This document shows, piece by piece, positions 51,550 to 63,842 of a stretch of DNA of 64,000 nt. This DNA comes from a virus: IMG/VR virus record IMGVR_UViG_3300029267_006021; one strand, given 5' to 3'. Below the pieces are notes generated by a model. It searched no databases and was not told the DNA's origin. It saw only the letters and a list, made by a program, of their open reading frames with translations. Numbering within the stretch: the stretch's first letter is position 1; each line of letters opens with the position of its first letter. A program made the position numbers and the translations under genes.

Positions 51550-51951
51550 TCACTTAAATTGACTAATAAGCTTCTTGACCTCTGGAATTGTTTCATTTGA
51601 AGCCTTTATAACATCTGTAAAATTCTTAATTTCAAGTGTACTTGAATGTGCATCTTGATGGGCCAATTTAAGATAGGTAACCAGAAATAAAACTTGTTTT
51701 CTTGTTTCGACTACTTGATCTTTAACCTTGGTCAAAATCTCTTGACGAGTTTCTTCTGTCATTTTACCAGATGCTACAAATTCCGCTGTATTTTTGGAAA
51801 CATGATTATAATAATTTAAACAAACTGTTTCCACATTTTTATCAGCCTTTGGTCCAATCTCATAAGCTTTATCAGTAGCCGCAATATAGTCAGCTGGGTG
51901 CTTACAGCCAAAACTAACAAGCAGAATCAAACCGATAAAAATTTTCCTCAT
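51550..51951 (-). CDS. Lipoprotein (o-spanin candidate)
   Basis: MRKIFIGLILLVSFGC lipobox. Confidence 0.6.
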   Translation of the reverse strand: MRKIFIGLILLVSFGCKHPADYIAATDKAYEIGPKADKNVETVCLNYYNHVSKNTAEFVASGKMTEETRQEILTKVKDQVVETRKQVLFLVTYLKLAHQDAHSSTLEIKNFTDVIKASNETIPEVKKLISQFK

Positions 51952-52014
51952 TTCGTCTCTCCTAAAGATTTAACAAAACTATATGTTTAATATACAAGAA
52001 CCTAAAAAACTGTT

Positions 52015-52482
52015 TTAAACGTGACGTTCAAACATAATATCATGATTAAATTTGAGGTTTCTAAATTGCCCCAAAGATCTATTTCTCCATATAGCAACTG
52101 ATAAAATAGATTCTTTAGGCAAAAAGAAAAAACCATCAAGATCAAGAGTACCTTTTAGCCATCTAAATACAATTAAATGATTCAGAACAAAAGAAATACA
52201 ATGGGATTTGCCACTTAAAAATACAAGTTTGCTTTTTTGTTCTTCTTCGTCATAAACATATTCATCTGAGGATAGATCTTCAATTTCAAGTTTATTTTTT
52301 ATGAGCAACTCAATTAAACTCGAAACATTACGAATTAAAATTAAGTCTTCAGTGGCTGACTTGACGCCTGAATTAAAGATTTGTTGTTCTTGATCTAAGG
52401 ATGTAGGTTTTGTGTTTAGATTATTCTTACAAATTTCTTCTAGGAGAGCAACTTCGTCTTCATTGAAAAAATCACGCATCAT
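52015..52482 (-). CDS. Hypothetical protein
   Basis: ORF track; late-type box at 52494. Confidence 0.55.
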   Translation of the reverse strand: MMRDFFNEDEVALLEEICKNNLNTKPTSLDQEQQIFNSGVKSATEDLILIRNVSSLIELLIKNKLEIEDLSSDEYVYDEEEQKSKLVFLSGKSHCISFVLNHLIVFRWLKGTLDLDGFFFLPKESILSVAIWRNRSLGQFRNLKFNHDIMFERHV

Positions 52483-52526
52483 AGTTAAAATGTATTAGTG
52501 AATTATATGTGAAGATGTTTTAAAAT

Positions 52527-53951
52527 TTAAAGAGGTAATTGATCTGCTTGTCTGTACCAAACTATAATTTGAGCATCCTCGCTGCCTGAACCTGCCAAAG
52601 TCCCAGAGGCATTTCCAGCATTATCACACCCTGTAATGGCTAAATCATCTCCAGTCCCATCATTCCAAGTACCATGAATTCCCTGTATTCTTGCATTTGC
52701 ACTTAAAGAACCAGTTAGCAAGTATTTATCAGGATCTCCTGCTGCTTTTGTACCCAAACCAGCTTTCGTGGCACCAGCAGCTCCAGTTAAAGATTTTCTA
52801 AGACAAATTGCTGTTTTAATAACAGCCGCTCCAGTAGGGACATTCCAACCAAGATCATGATCAGCTGCTGCTCCTCCTATCCCTAACCAAATTTCCTTTC
52901 GTTTGAGGTCGCCAACGCACCAATCACCAGAATCATAACAAAGAAATTCTCCAGTTCTTCCATCAGCCCAAATAAGGCCTTCTGGAGGATTTAATGGAAA
53001 TGCACGAGAATTATCTTCATCAGTAGACATAAAAAAATATCCAGGATTATCAGCACTCGAAATGCCGGCCCCAAAATCTACAGAAACATCATTATTGCCC
53101 ATAAACCTAAATTCAGTTCTTCCATAAGCTGTCATTGAGCCTCCACCCGCATTCGAGACTATTGTGACTCCACCAGAATGGGGTTGAATATTAAAAATAT
53201 TATGATTAAAAAAATCGACATAATTAGTTCCGCCACCAAAATCAAATAGATTTATTGCAGCAGAAGGATAACCAGAAAAATAGCAATTAAACATGCGTAT
53301 GCGAGACCCATTGACAAATGTAATAGTATTTGCTGGGTTACTAAAACCGTAGGAGCAATTAAAAGCATACCAATAACCGTCCCCACCAGATGAGTTAGCA
53401 TCTAAATCAGTAAAGGATGAATTATGAGCAACATTTGATTGGTATAAGAAACATCCGTCTGCACCATGTGTTCTGGTAATTGCTCCGCCCATGATCGAAT
53501 TTTCCATATAGATATTCCATTTTGATTGCCCAGAAAAGCTGCCATTCAAATAAATGTTACAAAATCCAAGATGTCTTCTAACTATCTCAGCACTAGCACT
53601 AGCTAAAGTAATATTCCCCACAACTTCAGTGTTATTTTGCAAATATACTCCTCCGTCTCGAGGTATATTCACTATAATATAAGTATCTCTACTCACAACT
53701 GGACTAAAACTACCTCCTGTCAATGTGTGGGTTTTACCTGGGGCAAGATTAATAATTATAGGCTCACCTGCAGCTAATTCAGCGTCTGCTGCAGCAGAAG
53801 CTTCATTGATTGTTGAATAGGCATCAGAGTCATCTGGGTTTACATACCAAGTTGGGCCTGAATAAGTTGCTATTAGGTAATTGGTTCTTTGTGTGTCTCT
53901 AGCTAAGGTTTCTGGACCAAATCTAAGTGCTGTTTCTAAGTAGTCACTCAT
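52527..53951 (-). CDS. Putative fibre/tailspike-like virion protein (beta-helix-like)
   Basis: DAYSTINEA..AA start of a beta-helix; Gly/Asn/Ser-rich; late-type box at 53999. Confidence 0.5.
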   Translation of the reverse strand: MSDYLETALRFGPETLARDTQRTNYLIATYSGPTWYVNPDDSDAYSTINEASAAADAELAAGEPIIINLAPGKTHTLTGGSFSPVVSRDTYIIVNIPRDGGVYLQNNTEVVGNITLASASAEIVRRHLGFCNIYLNGSFSGQSKWNIYMENSIMGGAITRTHGADGCFLYQSNVAHNSSFTDLDANSSGGDGYWYAFNCSYGFSNPANTITFVNGSRIRMFNCYFSGYPSAAINLFDFGGGTNYVDFFNHNIFNIQPHSGGVTIVSNAGGGSMTAYGRTEFRFMGNNDVSVDFGAGISSADNPGYFFMSTDEDNSRAFPLNPPEGLIWADGRTGEFLCYDSGDWCVGDLKRKEIWLGIGGAAADHDLGWNVPTGAAVIKTAICLRKSLTGAAGATKAGLGTKAAGDPDKYLLTGSLSANARIQGIHGTWNDGTGDDLAITGCDNAGNASGTLAGSGSEDAQIIVWYRQADQLPL

Positions 53952-54083
53952 GAGTGTTTGACTTCTAATGGTTTAATTGTTATTGAGATAAGAAGATTAT
54001 TAGTAAATTATAGATTATAATTTACTAATTATTAGAATGAGTATAAAGTTCATTCTTGAAGATGGAATGAACTTTCACATAGG

Positions 54084-54120
54084 TTAGGAGATGTGTGGTA
54101 GGAACACATCTCCTAATTTT
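54084..54120. terminator. Strong hairpin at the early/late boundary
   Basis: TTAGGAGATGTGT-N7-ACACATCTCCTAA followed by TTTT on the plus strand. Confidence 0.75.
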
Positions 54121-54123
54121 ATG

Positions 54124-57100
54124 TTACTTTGTTTGACACCCAACCAAAAAGTTCTCTATGATATCTTCTTGATGTTCTGAATCTTCTTTGACTTTAGACA
54201 ACATAGAATTGATGAGAGTTCGAAAATTTATGCGTTCATCAAAATATAAATTAAGAGATAATTGAATTGCTTTAATCGTAGAACCTAGATCCATTTTCTG
54301 TTTCATGTACATATCTGTATAATTTGAAATAGTCGAAAGAACCTCTTTCTCTTTAAGATGTACTGAAGTTTCAACATATTTTCTAGTTCTACCTGCCCAT
54401 CTTGCAATTGCCATTTAAAATGCCTTTCAATTGTTTTTCATAGTACATTTTAAAAGTAGATTATGTTTACAATTTGATCAGAGAAAATTCGATGACTATC
54501 AGTTTTTGTTCTTGGATGAGATCTTCTGGTGTTTTATTGCGAAGACTTTCTAGTGCTCGATTTATAGCTTTTTCAAGAGATTCCCAATGTTTTTGTTTAG
54601 TCATGGGCACTATCTTTATTCTTCCTAAAACTACTTAAATCTTCTAAAAACTTAGGAAGATTTTCTACAGTCACAAGTTCAAAACTAAAAAAATGATAGC
54701 GGCTACTTTTACTCAAAACTTCTAATTTTTTCCATAAACAAAGCCAAGAGCAAAAACAAAATTCGTCACAACTGGAATCATTGTCTTTCTCAAGTGAAGG
54801 CCTAATAAAGGCACGCATTTCAGTATGAAAACCTTCTGATCCAGATTCCCATTCAGCTTTTTTCCCACAAAAATCACATTCAAAATGTGTTACTGATTTC
54901 TTTGAAAGCAAAGAATCACATTTAGAACAGCGTTCATATTCTACTTCACGTTTAAGCATCAACAAACTCCGATCTGCTTTCATGAGGAGCAGGAGTCCCT
55001 GCTAAAAGACAAAGAGGCGTACAAGCTGCTGCTAAAATTCCTCTTTTAATTTGACATAATGGGGTACTTAGTCCTATCAATCTATCGAGGTGTTGTACCA
55101 AAACATAAAACATTGAAAACAAAATGCTTATTTTATCCGTGACTCTTTCTGCAATTCTCTCTGATGCTTGTTGCATGAGTTCTAAAATGTTTAAAGATTC
55201 GGTTATTTCTAAAAATAATAGATGATCATTAGGAATTCGGTTATTTTTCATTTTTAGATTCCTCTATCTCATAATCGAATTCTGCATTCATCCAGGTAGC
55301 ATTGCGAATGAAGTTTTTAACTCCTTCAAGATAGCAGATATAGCGGATTAAATCACCAACTACACTAGAATCCCAATCTTTAAATGGAAAGGAATCTAGT
55401 TGTTTCTGAATTTCTTCTAGATCAGGACGTTTCACTTCAAGATTCTTCTTTTTGTCTTTGCTCACGGATCATCTGCTCTCTAAGAATTTCGGCACGATTT
55501 CTAGAATAACCCATTAATTTAAAGCGCTGATATGATTTAGTTACTGCTTCTTCATCCCCACTGAAACATCGATCTGTCCAATCTCTGGCCCCTGCTCGAT
55601 AAGCTTCTTCTACAGTAGTCTTAAATTTGTTTGATAAATAGACAAGAATTGAGCTGACCCAGGAAGCCAAACTCAATTCCTTAGGGCCATCTTCTTTTAG
55701 ATAAGGAGGTAGATCTAATTTTAAATAGCTGATTATCTCCTGTATTTCCTCAATCTCAGATCTGACGTCAAACATGAATACCTCTACTACTCATTTTGAT
55801 TTAGTAGCGACATAATCAAAATTTGACTCATCAAATTTTAAAGATATTTCATAGGGTTCTGAATTTTCTACCTCAACAAAAACTTTAATACCAAAACCTT
55901 TAATTGGTATTCCTTTAAATTTAAGATGCCGAACTAATGGCAAAATTTCACCATTTGCCATTCTCACAAGCATCTGACTCTCACCAAATGTTTTGCTAAG
56001 TATGCTTTGATTCTCTTTGTCCATTTTAATAGCCTTTCTAAAATCAGGGCGACAATTCTCGCAATAAAATTGAATTTTTTTGGAACCAGGTCTCAAAATT
56101 ATGTGCGGTGAGGCCCCAGGAGCTGGTTTTCCACATATAGAACAAATGGGAGATTTGATCTCAGCGAAATCTTCTGAAATAATGCTCTTCTCAATCAACC
56201 GAATGCAGGCTTCAGATACAACATCTAACTCCTCATTAAGTTTCAAGCTAAGGTCTGATGGGTCAATACCTGGGGAATGTTTCAAAACTTCAAGTATTCG
56301 TTTTTCAAGACCCATTATCCCTCCTCAGAGATAAAGACGATAACCACAATCTGGATAATCAGCCTCCTCTGCTATTAATTCAATAGAAGCAAGTTCTCGT
56401 TCCTTGTTAAAACCTAAATCTTTTTGGTCCAACCATTTACGCACTTTTTCATAGGCCTGCCCTGGATCTGGAGCAACCACAAAAGCAACACCATGAGCCG
56501 GTCCTGTTATTTGTGTAGTCATGCCTTGACAAGTCACCTTGTAGAGTTTATCTGTAGGCATCTAAAACTCCTCAACTCTCTATAGATTTATACAAAATAC
56601 AACCAAAAACTGCATCAACCAAAGGCGATGTACCATCGGAACTTTGAAGCTGAATTTCTCTTTGAAGCTTTTCACAAATACCATCTGGGCACCATGTTCC
56701 TTCTAAAGTAAAGTAACGTTTCAGTAGAGAATCTCGGTCTTTAAATGATTCAAGATCAGTTATTTGGTTAAACACAGCCTCTCGGTTACCTTGCCAAAAA
56801 ATACATGTGGCACATCTATTTTTGAGGTATTGTTTTAAATCATGATTCATTTTGTTAATTTGGGTTCCCAACAATCACAGGTCCCACAAGGGTCTACCTC
56901 TCTCCTTTTTGCCCATTCAATCCATTGGGATTCCAACAAAACAGCTTCTTCATTGGTTCTACGTTCCCTTATCTTATTATTGTACAAAAATTCTTCCTTC
57001 AACCAAACACTTCCGCATAAAGGCCTTTCTGGAGCATTCAGTGTGCAATAGTATTTGTCGAGATAATCATAGCAGTTAAAAACAAACTTACAGTCTCTAC

Positions 57101-60100
57101 AGCAAGGTTGTACTCTGTAGTTTCTCACCATGAAACCCAACAAAAAACCTTACCATCTTCATCTTTGAATTCTTCAAACATCTTTAAAATTTTTACAATC
57201 CATTTTTGATTTTCTAAAGGCTTTTTCACTTTAAAATAACTAATAGGAAGATAAAAATAACACCCATTACGAATCTCACAAACATCTAGCAACCAATGCC
57301 AAAAATCTTGATAGGGTGGTTCATACCAATGCCCCCTCTCAATATCTACTTTGTGCTCAGCACACCAAACCTGTGAACTACCTCGTGTTTTGCCTTCTGG
57401 ATCTATCTTTCCATAACCTTTAGAATCACACCAGGCATCGAAACTATGTATACCATGAAACTTGCCAGCAAAGTCTCTTAGGTCTACATTATGTTTTTGT
57501 TGTACATAGTTAACTATCTCATGATAATCCCAAGCTGTTTTAATTTGTTTTCTAGGCTTCTTCATCATCTTCTTCTGGAACTGAAAAATCCTCTGAACCA
57601 AAATTTATAAATAATTGCATTTGTTCAAGTAATGCTGCATGTGTATCAAAGGATCTCTCTCTAAGATACTGTATAACTTCTTCAAGAAGCTCATTATTAC
57701 TCATCATAGAATCAATATCACGAGGTATGTCGCTCCAGGGAGGAGTTATAGCATCTGGAGGTATCGCGTTTTTCCAACCAAGTAATGTTCTTAGCAATAA
57801 ATCACGAACACCCACTACTGTATTACCACACAGATGAACTCTACCTGGATCTTTCCAAGAAGTCATTCGCCAAGCGATATAACTATGTAGAGTGCTCTCT
57901 TCTTTTTGACAGCGTTCACAAAAATTCTGATGGAGTGTATCGACTTGATATAAAATAACACCATCAGATTCATAAATACGGGATACATCAGCAAGTATAT
58001 AATCCCCTTCCTGAAAAACAATATCTTTAAGATAGTCAAAAACAAAAGAATCGATTTCAAAATCATTAGAAACTGAAATATTATTTTCTTTTTCTAATTG
58101 ATTTAATGAAAATGGGAGTATTAAAGTAAAATCATAATCATAATTTCCAGAGTCATCCATTGTATCAAAATTAATATTAATAGCATGCTCACAAAGTTGT
58201 CTAAGTGAAACCGTTTTTAAACGTTGTACTGCCCGTTTTAAAACATTGTTAATAATCTTAGAACAAAGATTAAAGGTGAGATCCTGTTCAGATAGGGTTT
58301 TGCAAACTTCTAAAATACGGTCTTGCAACCAACCTAGATCAACAGAAGATGCTGGATAACCTTGAGATATATTTATTGTTTTAAGATTTTGATTTGTATC
58401 TTCTCGTAGTTTAGCGGAGAGTTTACAAAAATTCTCTTGGCGAATATCAGGCCCAAATTGAGGCCAATCATATTTGTCATAATCAATATCTTGCATAGTT
58501 ATTCCTTAAATGCTATTTTACAGTTTAAACAAAACCTTAAAGAAATTATCTATGGTTTTCCAAAATTTCTATCAGTTACTTCTTCAGTGTTTTATAGCGG
58601 GGAAGGTTGAAACCTAAACGCAGTTCACATGCAAGGCAATACTCTCGTCCCTTTTTTGCCAACCTTCCACATCGCTTACATTTAGCATGCTCCCTACTAA
58701 TCATAGCACTTTCTCTCATTTGCTAGTACAGACAATCAGTTGTCCTTCCCTCCACGCATCATGTCTCGTGATAGAAAGAGATGCTCGTATCGAAGGCAAA
58801 GACCTTGCCGCATTTCCCACACTCCTGCTCATATATTTGGTCTTCCTCGTAGCCGTACCCGTCGTCGTGGCAGATGTCCTGCCCCTCACCACAGTACGGA
58901 CATTCAACGTCTTTCATCTGTCCTCCGAATCTTGAAGTTCTACCAAACTGCATTATTGGTTTTTAAGTCGGCAAGTCTTCGCCCAATGCTTCCTTGTATG
59001 CATACTTAAATGCATCTTTTTTGGCTTGTTGCCAACTGTTCATTTCTTTGTTTATCTCTTTCTTCATCCATGCTGGTAGCCATGGCTTTTCAAATTCTGG
59101 CTTTTCATCAAACGACGATGTTCCGAATCCGGAAAATCCAATCTCATAATTTCGCCACGCAACATACTTGTCTATTCTCTTTTGAAAAAGCCAACTAAAT
59201 ACCTTCAAAAACCAACGATAACTTCTACTGTATTTCATATTTCACCTTCCTATTCATTATTGCTTTATGAACTCAACACAAAATACCTTGGGTCTCGTAC
59301 CCAAGGTAGTTGACTTGCCCTAATTGCTTCACTAAAATTCTTTAGCCTTTTCTTCTTCAAGAGAGGTTTCAAATTCCTTGATCTCATCAAAATCATAAGT
59401 ACATCCGGTATGGTGGATATCTGATTCGAAAGCAATACGATTTGGTAAAGGCGAATCATAACCATAATGAATTTCTGTGACATTTCTAATTATAGTTTCA
59501 GGAAGTTCTGGATCCTTAAGAACTACTCTAACTTTAATCCCGAAATTCATATCTAATCCCCACTACAACATTTTCAAAAACCTTATCTAAAAATTCTCTT
59601 TTCCTAAGAATGTCATCTGCTATTTTGCATACTTTTGAATGATCTCTTTCTGTATTAAATTTCTTGTGCAACTGGATTTTTTGTTCTCTTGTCAAAATAT
59701 CCCAGGTTAAGTTAAACAAAAAGAGACGAGCTTGATCTTCCATTCTAATCTCCTTCTTGAAAAATACAATCGCTTAATTGTCCGAGCCAATGGCCCATGT
59801 CTCTGCACATAACAACCGGATCGCCTATTGGAGCCTTTGAACCGTTTGTGAACTTCTGCCAATCCCCTCCCGGACAAAATACTCGATCTCTGCACTTAGG
59901 GCATCTCGCTCTATTAAACCGAGCGGAGATGGTTAGCCTTGGGTCCTCATAATCAGCATAGGTCATTTTGGGTCCTCTTCATCATATGTTTCTATACCTG
60001 TTCCATTGCAATCTGGGCAGGGGAGACGGAGTACGCCAGTTCCGCTACAAAGAGAACAAATAACAAATTCGCCATAATATTCTGTGATGTTTTCACCTGG

Positions 60101-61613
60101 TCCCGTTATGATGATGGTCATTGTTTTATCCTTTGTTTATTGGACGTTCATGAGGACACCGTCCTTCAACATAGTCATACACAACTCCTCGTCCATAGCA
60201 CCTACCACATTTTACAAATGCGCGCTCAGCCAACCTCTCATTAATCTTTTGTAGTCTCTTGCTAAAACCCGCCGGGGCCATTTGATTATATGCGTCCCAA
60301 TCACCAATAATTGTCCCTTCTCCATGACAACAAGGGCATTCATAGGTTTTAACTTCCTTCATCTCAAACTTCTTTCAATTTTGATTAGAATCCTCTGGTG
60401 GCCAAATTTGGTGCACCCAATGTACTGAACATCCAAGAAATGCATCCCAATAACCGCCACCTTCATAGACAGGAATGTGGTTGGCTACCTTAAGGCTTGG
60501 TATTGGCTTTGCTGTGACATTATCAGTAGTCATCTTTACTCCTGAATTAAACTTTCGAATCTATCTAAAATCCTGGTTTCACACTTGCTGACCCGAATTA
60601 TTCCACTTCATGAAACTCAATCTTGATGTCGAAAGCTGTACCACATCCTGGGCAGACCCATCGAAAGGTTCCCTGAACATACTCTCGACTCTTAATTTCT
60701 CCCTTAGCATCCTGCCATGTCCCACAGGCGGGACAATAAACAGCTAGATTATTCATAATTGCTCCTTTGAGAGATCTTGTGGCTTAACAGGATGACAAAC
60801 GGAGCATATTCATACACAACTATCCTTGACCAATCTCATCAAAAATAGAAAAGGTATCTGCTAAATCTCGCAAGCGTTCTTGGCACTTCTCAAGGATCAC
60901 AAATTCATCTAAATCACTATAAGTCTCATCATTTTCTGAATCCCAAATGACTTCATGTCCTAACATAATCTGATAATAACAAGCCAATGGCGCGCACATA
61001 AAAGCAAATGCTGGGGCATCTTCGCTTTTGTTAAGTAACGTCTCTTCATAGGTCTCACTAAGATACCTGACAATACGGCAAACCTCTCTTAGTGTTTCGT
61101 CGGCCATTATTTATCTCCTAAAGATTTTAACGCCATCTCAGATTCATCCCAACCCTTCTCCCAACATAATCTTAGTATGTGATCCTGGGGTTCCAGGTAG
61201 AGCATGTAACTCTCGTCTCTTGAAATCCCATCCTTATGTGCCCAAACGCCCCGCCAATAGTTTTGCTCATCTTCAGTTCTTCGATTATACTCAATCGAGG
61301 CCCAGACTTTATCATGATCTGATTTATCTTGACGCCAGAATGCTCTCCATGCTCTTTGTAGACGTGACCACATAAATTCGCCTCTTCACTTGATATCGAT
61401 CTCTCTTTCAACTACCCGGACGTAATCTTCTTCACTAGAATACCTAGCATAGAAGAGCCAATCGGAGATCTGACTCTCTTCGTAGATCTCTGGAGAGCCG
61501 CAGTATTCCTTGGCAGTTTTCCTGGCGTAATCAATGGCTTTTTCATCTGAACTAAAAGCTTCAACCTCGATATCTGTATGGCGATCATTAATTAAAACGA
61601 TGTAGACTTTCAT
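54124..61613 (-). other. Early-type cluster of about 25 small hypothetical genes, many with CxxC zinc ribbons
   Basis: Dense overlapping minus-strand ORFs; sigma70-like promoters near 58515 and 61636-61665. Confidence 0.7.
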
Positions 61614-61661
61614 GTATTAACCTTTCAAGTTTGTTATTTTACAAGAGAGGTTTGTAATTGT

Positions 61662-63842
61662 TTACTCGAGAAAAGGCTCTTCATCATCTAAACATAAATC
61701 TGAAGGGCCATCTTTCATGATCTCTTCTATTGTTTCTTTTGGTAAATTAAATAGTTGTTTCGTGGTTATAGTCTTTTTCTTTCTATAATCTCGGACTAAA
61801 TGTTTATGTTCTGAATTAAGGACCCAAAACTCACCACAGAATTCCTTAGTCAAACGCAAAGCTTCCTCAGAATTCTCAAATAAGAAATCTTCCCAAATAA
61901 CTAAACATTCTAAACCAAGCTTTTTATAGATAAGTATATGATCTCTTTCTGCTTTCGGTCTATCTATTCCAGGACGTGTTGAGTGGGGATGTACACCAAA
62001 AGTCTCAATCACCTTTTTTGAAAGTTTTATAGGTTGAACAATAAAATCTGGACAATGTGATCTGCGGGTTCCAGATTCCCTTCTCCAAAAACTACCACCT
62101 CCAACATAGGTGATATGTTCGGGAGTCAAGTCATCAAAAAGACATTCACATCTTGTCTTTATAGGGTATAAGCCGGAAACTCGATTATACAACTGAAAAG
62201 GATTCTCTACGCCATATTTTAAAAAACAAGTCTCTTTTGCTTTTTGTTGTCTTTGTTGAACAAAATTAGGATCCTTAAATTTTTGCTTATTCTCTTCAAT
62301 AAAATTAGGATCCTTAAAAGGGTTATCGACCCCTAATGTCTCTAAATTTGTTTTCTTACGCTCCTCTAAAACTTCTGAGCATTCTAATTGATACTCTGGA
62401 AACCTACTCATAAATTCGTCAACTGTGAGATTATGTTTTGAAAGATGAAGATCTAGCTTTCTATGTCTGTTTGGTTTATTTTCAGCCTTACAAAGAGGGC
62501 ATACAACATAATCTTTACCTTCTACCATATTCGATGAGTAAAGATAGCGGCCTAAAATTCGATCAAGTTCTCCTCTTTTAATATATCTACAACGTGAAAG
62601 ATGATTTGCCATAACTCCAATAAAATTCTTATCTGGCTTTTCAGTAATAATTGAGCCACAAGGACACTCAAAATATAGAATGCCCTTTTCTTTAAGATCT
62701 TCTATTTTTAAATCTGTATTCTTAGGTTTGGGTTGAGAACGAATTGGACAATCTGGATAAACTAACCTGTAATCTTCAACAGAAATAGAATGAAATCTTT
62801 TTAAATGGGAAACGAGATCTTCATATCGTCTCAAAGGATTACCTAATACCTCACAAAGTTTGCAAATAACATAATCTTCATTTTCTTTAGCTTCTGGATG
62901 GTAGAGACCTAATTTCAAAACGTAGTCTCTACCAGTAGAAGATTGAGAATATAGCGGATCAATTTTTCTACTGCATTCCGAATCTTGTCTAATTAAATGC
63001 CAACCCAAATAATTCAAATTAGGGAACTCTTCTTCACAAACAGGGCAAATATAAGGACCTCTAGGGTCGTAACGAGGTTCCTTAGGTATGGGTTTTTCTA
63101 CTCCTCTATCTCTCCAAGATTGTGTTGTATTTTCAATTCGTGTTTTAACTAAATTTTCACAAATAATAGGTGCATCCGGATAAGCAGTTTGATATTGTTC
63201 TTTATTTAAACCATGTACTGTCAGATGAAAAGATAATAATGTATAACGATTAGAGAGTTTGTTTTGTTCTCTACAAACCTGACACACTACATAATCTTTG
63301 TTTTCTATGGCCGTAGAAGCATATAGACCTTGTTTAAAGATGTAATCAAAGTCTTCTTCAAAATAGAGTTTTGGCACTTTAGATTTACATTCAGAAACAT
63401 TAATATGTTTTGCAAAACCTTTTCTACTATTAAATCTTTTATTACAAGCAGGACAGGGATAGGGTTTTTCTTTCTCTTCTTGGGTTTTCTTTTGTTTGTG
63501 ATAAACGCAATGCTGTTTATGTGAACTTAAACTTCGTTTCGACTTAAATCTGTGAAGCTTTTCTTTGTTTCTCTTACATAATTCACAAATAATGTAGTCT
63601 TTACCTTCTATTGCATCGGGATAATAAAGACCTTCTTTAAAGAAATAATCATGGTCTTCAGTGAAATATTCTTTGGGAATTTTAGACTTACATTTGGAGG
63701 TTCTAAAGTGAGCAAAAAGAGATTTCCTATTTGGGTAGACCTTTTCGCAGGATGGGCAGGTATAAGGACCTTGTTTTGTTAGGAAGTTTCTATTTGTTGA
63801 TTGATTTCTATTTGTTGATTGGCCTTGACTTCGGGCTGGCAT
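61662..63842 (-). CDS. Multi-zinc-finger protein with C-terminal endonuclease-like domain
   Basis: Four repeated modules (GPYxCPxC...LY..AxExxDYVxCxxC), KTNLETLGVDNPF / KYGVENPF repeats, CPDFIV...KVIETFG..H...LVIWE. Confidence 0.8.
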   Translation of the reverse strand: MPARSQGQSTNRNQSTNRNFLTKQGPYTCPSCEKVYPNRKSLFAHFRTSKCKSKIPKEYFTEDHDYFFKEGLYYPDAIEGKDYIICELCKRNKEKLHRFKSKRSLSSHKQHCVYHKQKKTQEEKEKPYPCPACNKRFNSRKGFAKHINVSECKSKVPKLYFEEDFDYIFKQGLYASTAIENKDYVVCQVCREQNKLSNRYTLLSFHLTVHGLNKEQYQTAYPDAPIICENLVKTRIENTTQSWRDRGVEKPIPKEPRYDPRGPYICPVCEEEFPNLNYLGWHLIRQDSECSRKIDPLYSQSSTGRDYVLKLGLYHPEAKENEDYVICKLCEVLGNPLRRYEDLVSHLKRFHSISVEDYRLVYPDCPIRSQPKPKNTDLKIEDLKEKGILYFECPCGSIITEKPDKNFIGVMANHLSRCRYIKRGELDRILGRYLYSSNMVEGKDYVVCPLCKAENKPNRHRKLDLHLSKHNLTVDEFMSRFPEYQLECSEVLEERKKTNLETLGVDNPFKDPNFIEENKQKFKDPNFVQQRQQKAKETCFLKYGVENPFQLYNRVSGLYPIKTRCECLFDDLTPEHITYVGGGSFWRRESGTRRSHCPDFIVQPIKLSKKVIETFGVHPHSTRPGIDRPKAERDHILIYKKLGLECLVIWEDFLFENSEEALRLTKEFCGEFWVLNSEHKHLVRDYRKKKTITTKQLFNLPKETIEEIMKDGPSDLCLDDEEPFLE

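Noticed and set aside
162-63524. Short plus-strand ORFs in the track (e.g. 5523-5966, 35529-35915, 43508-43855) and ORFs over tRNAs (23206-23430, 29121-29327)
   Set aside because: Antisense shadows of clear minus-strand genes or RNA genes, with no recognisable motifs.
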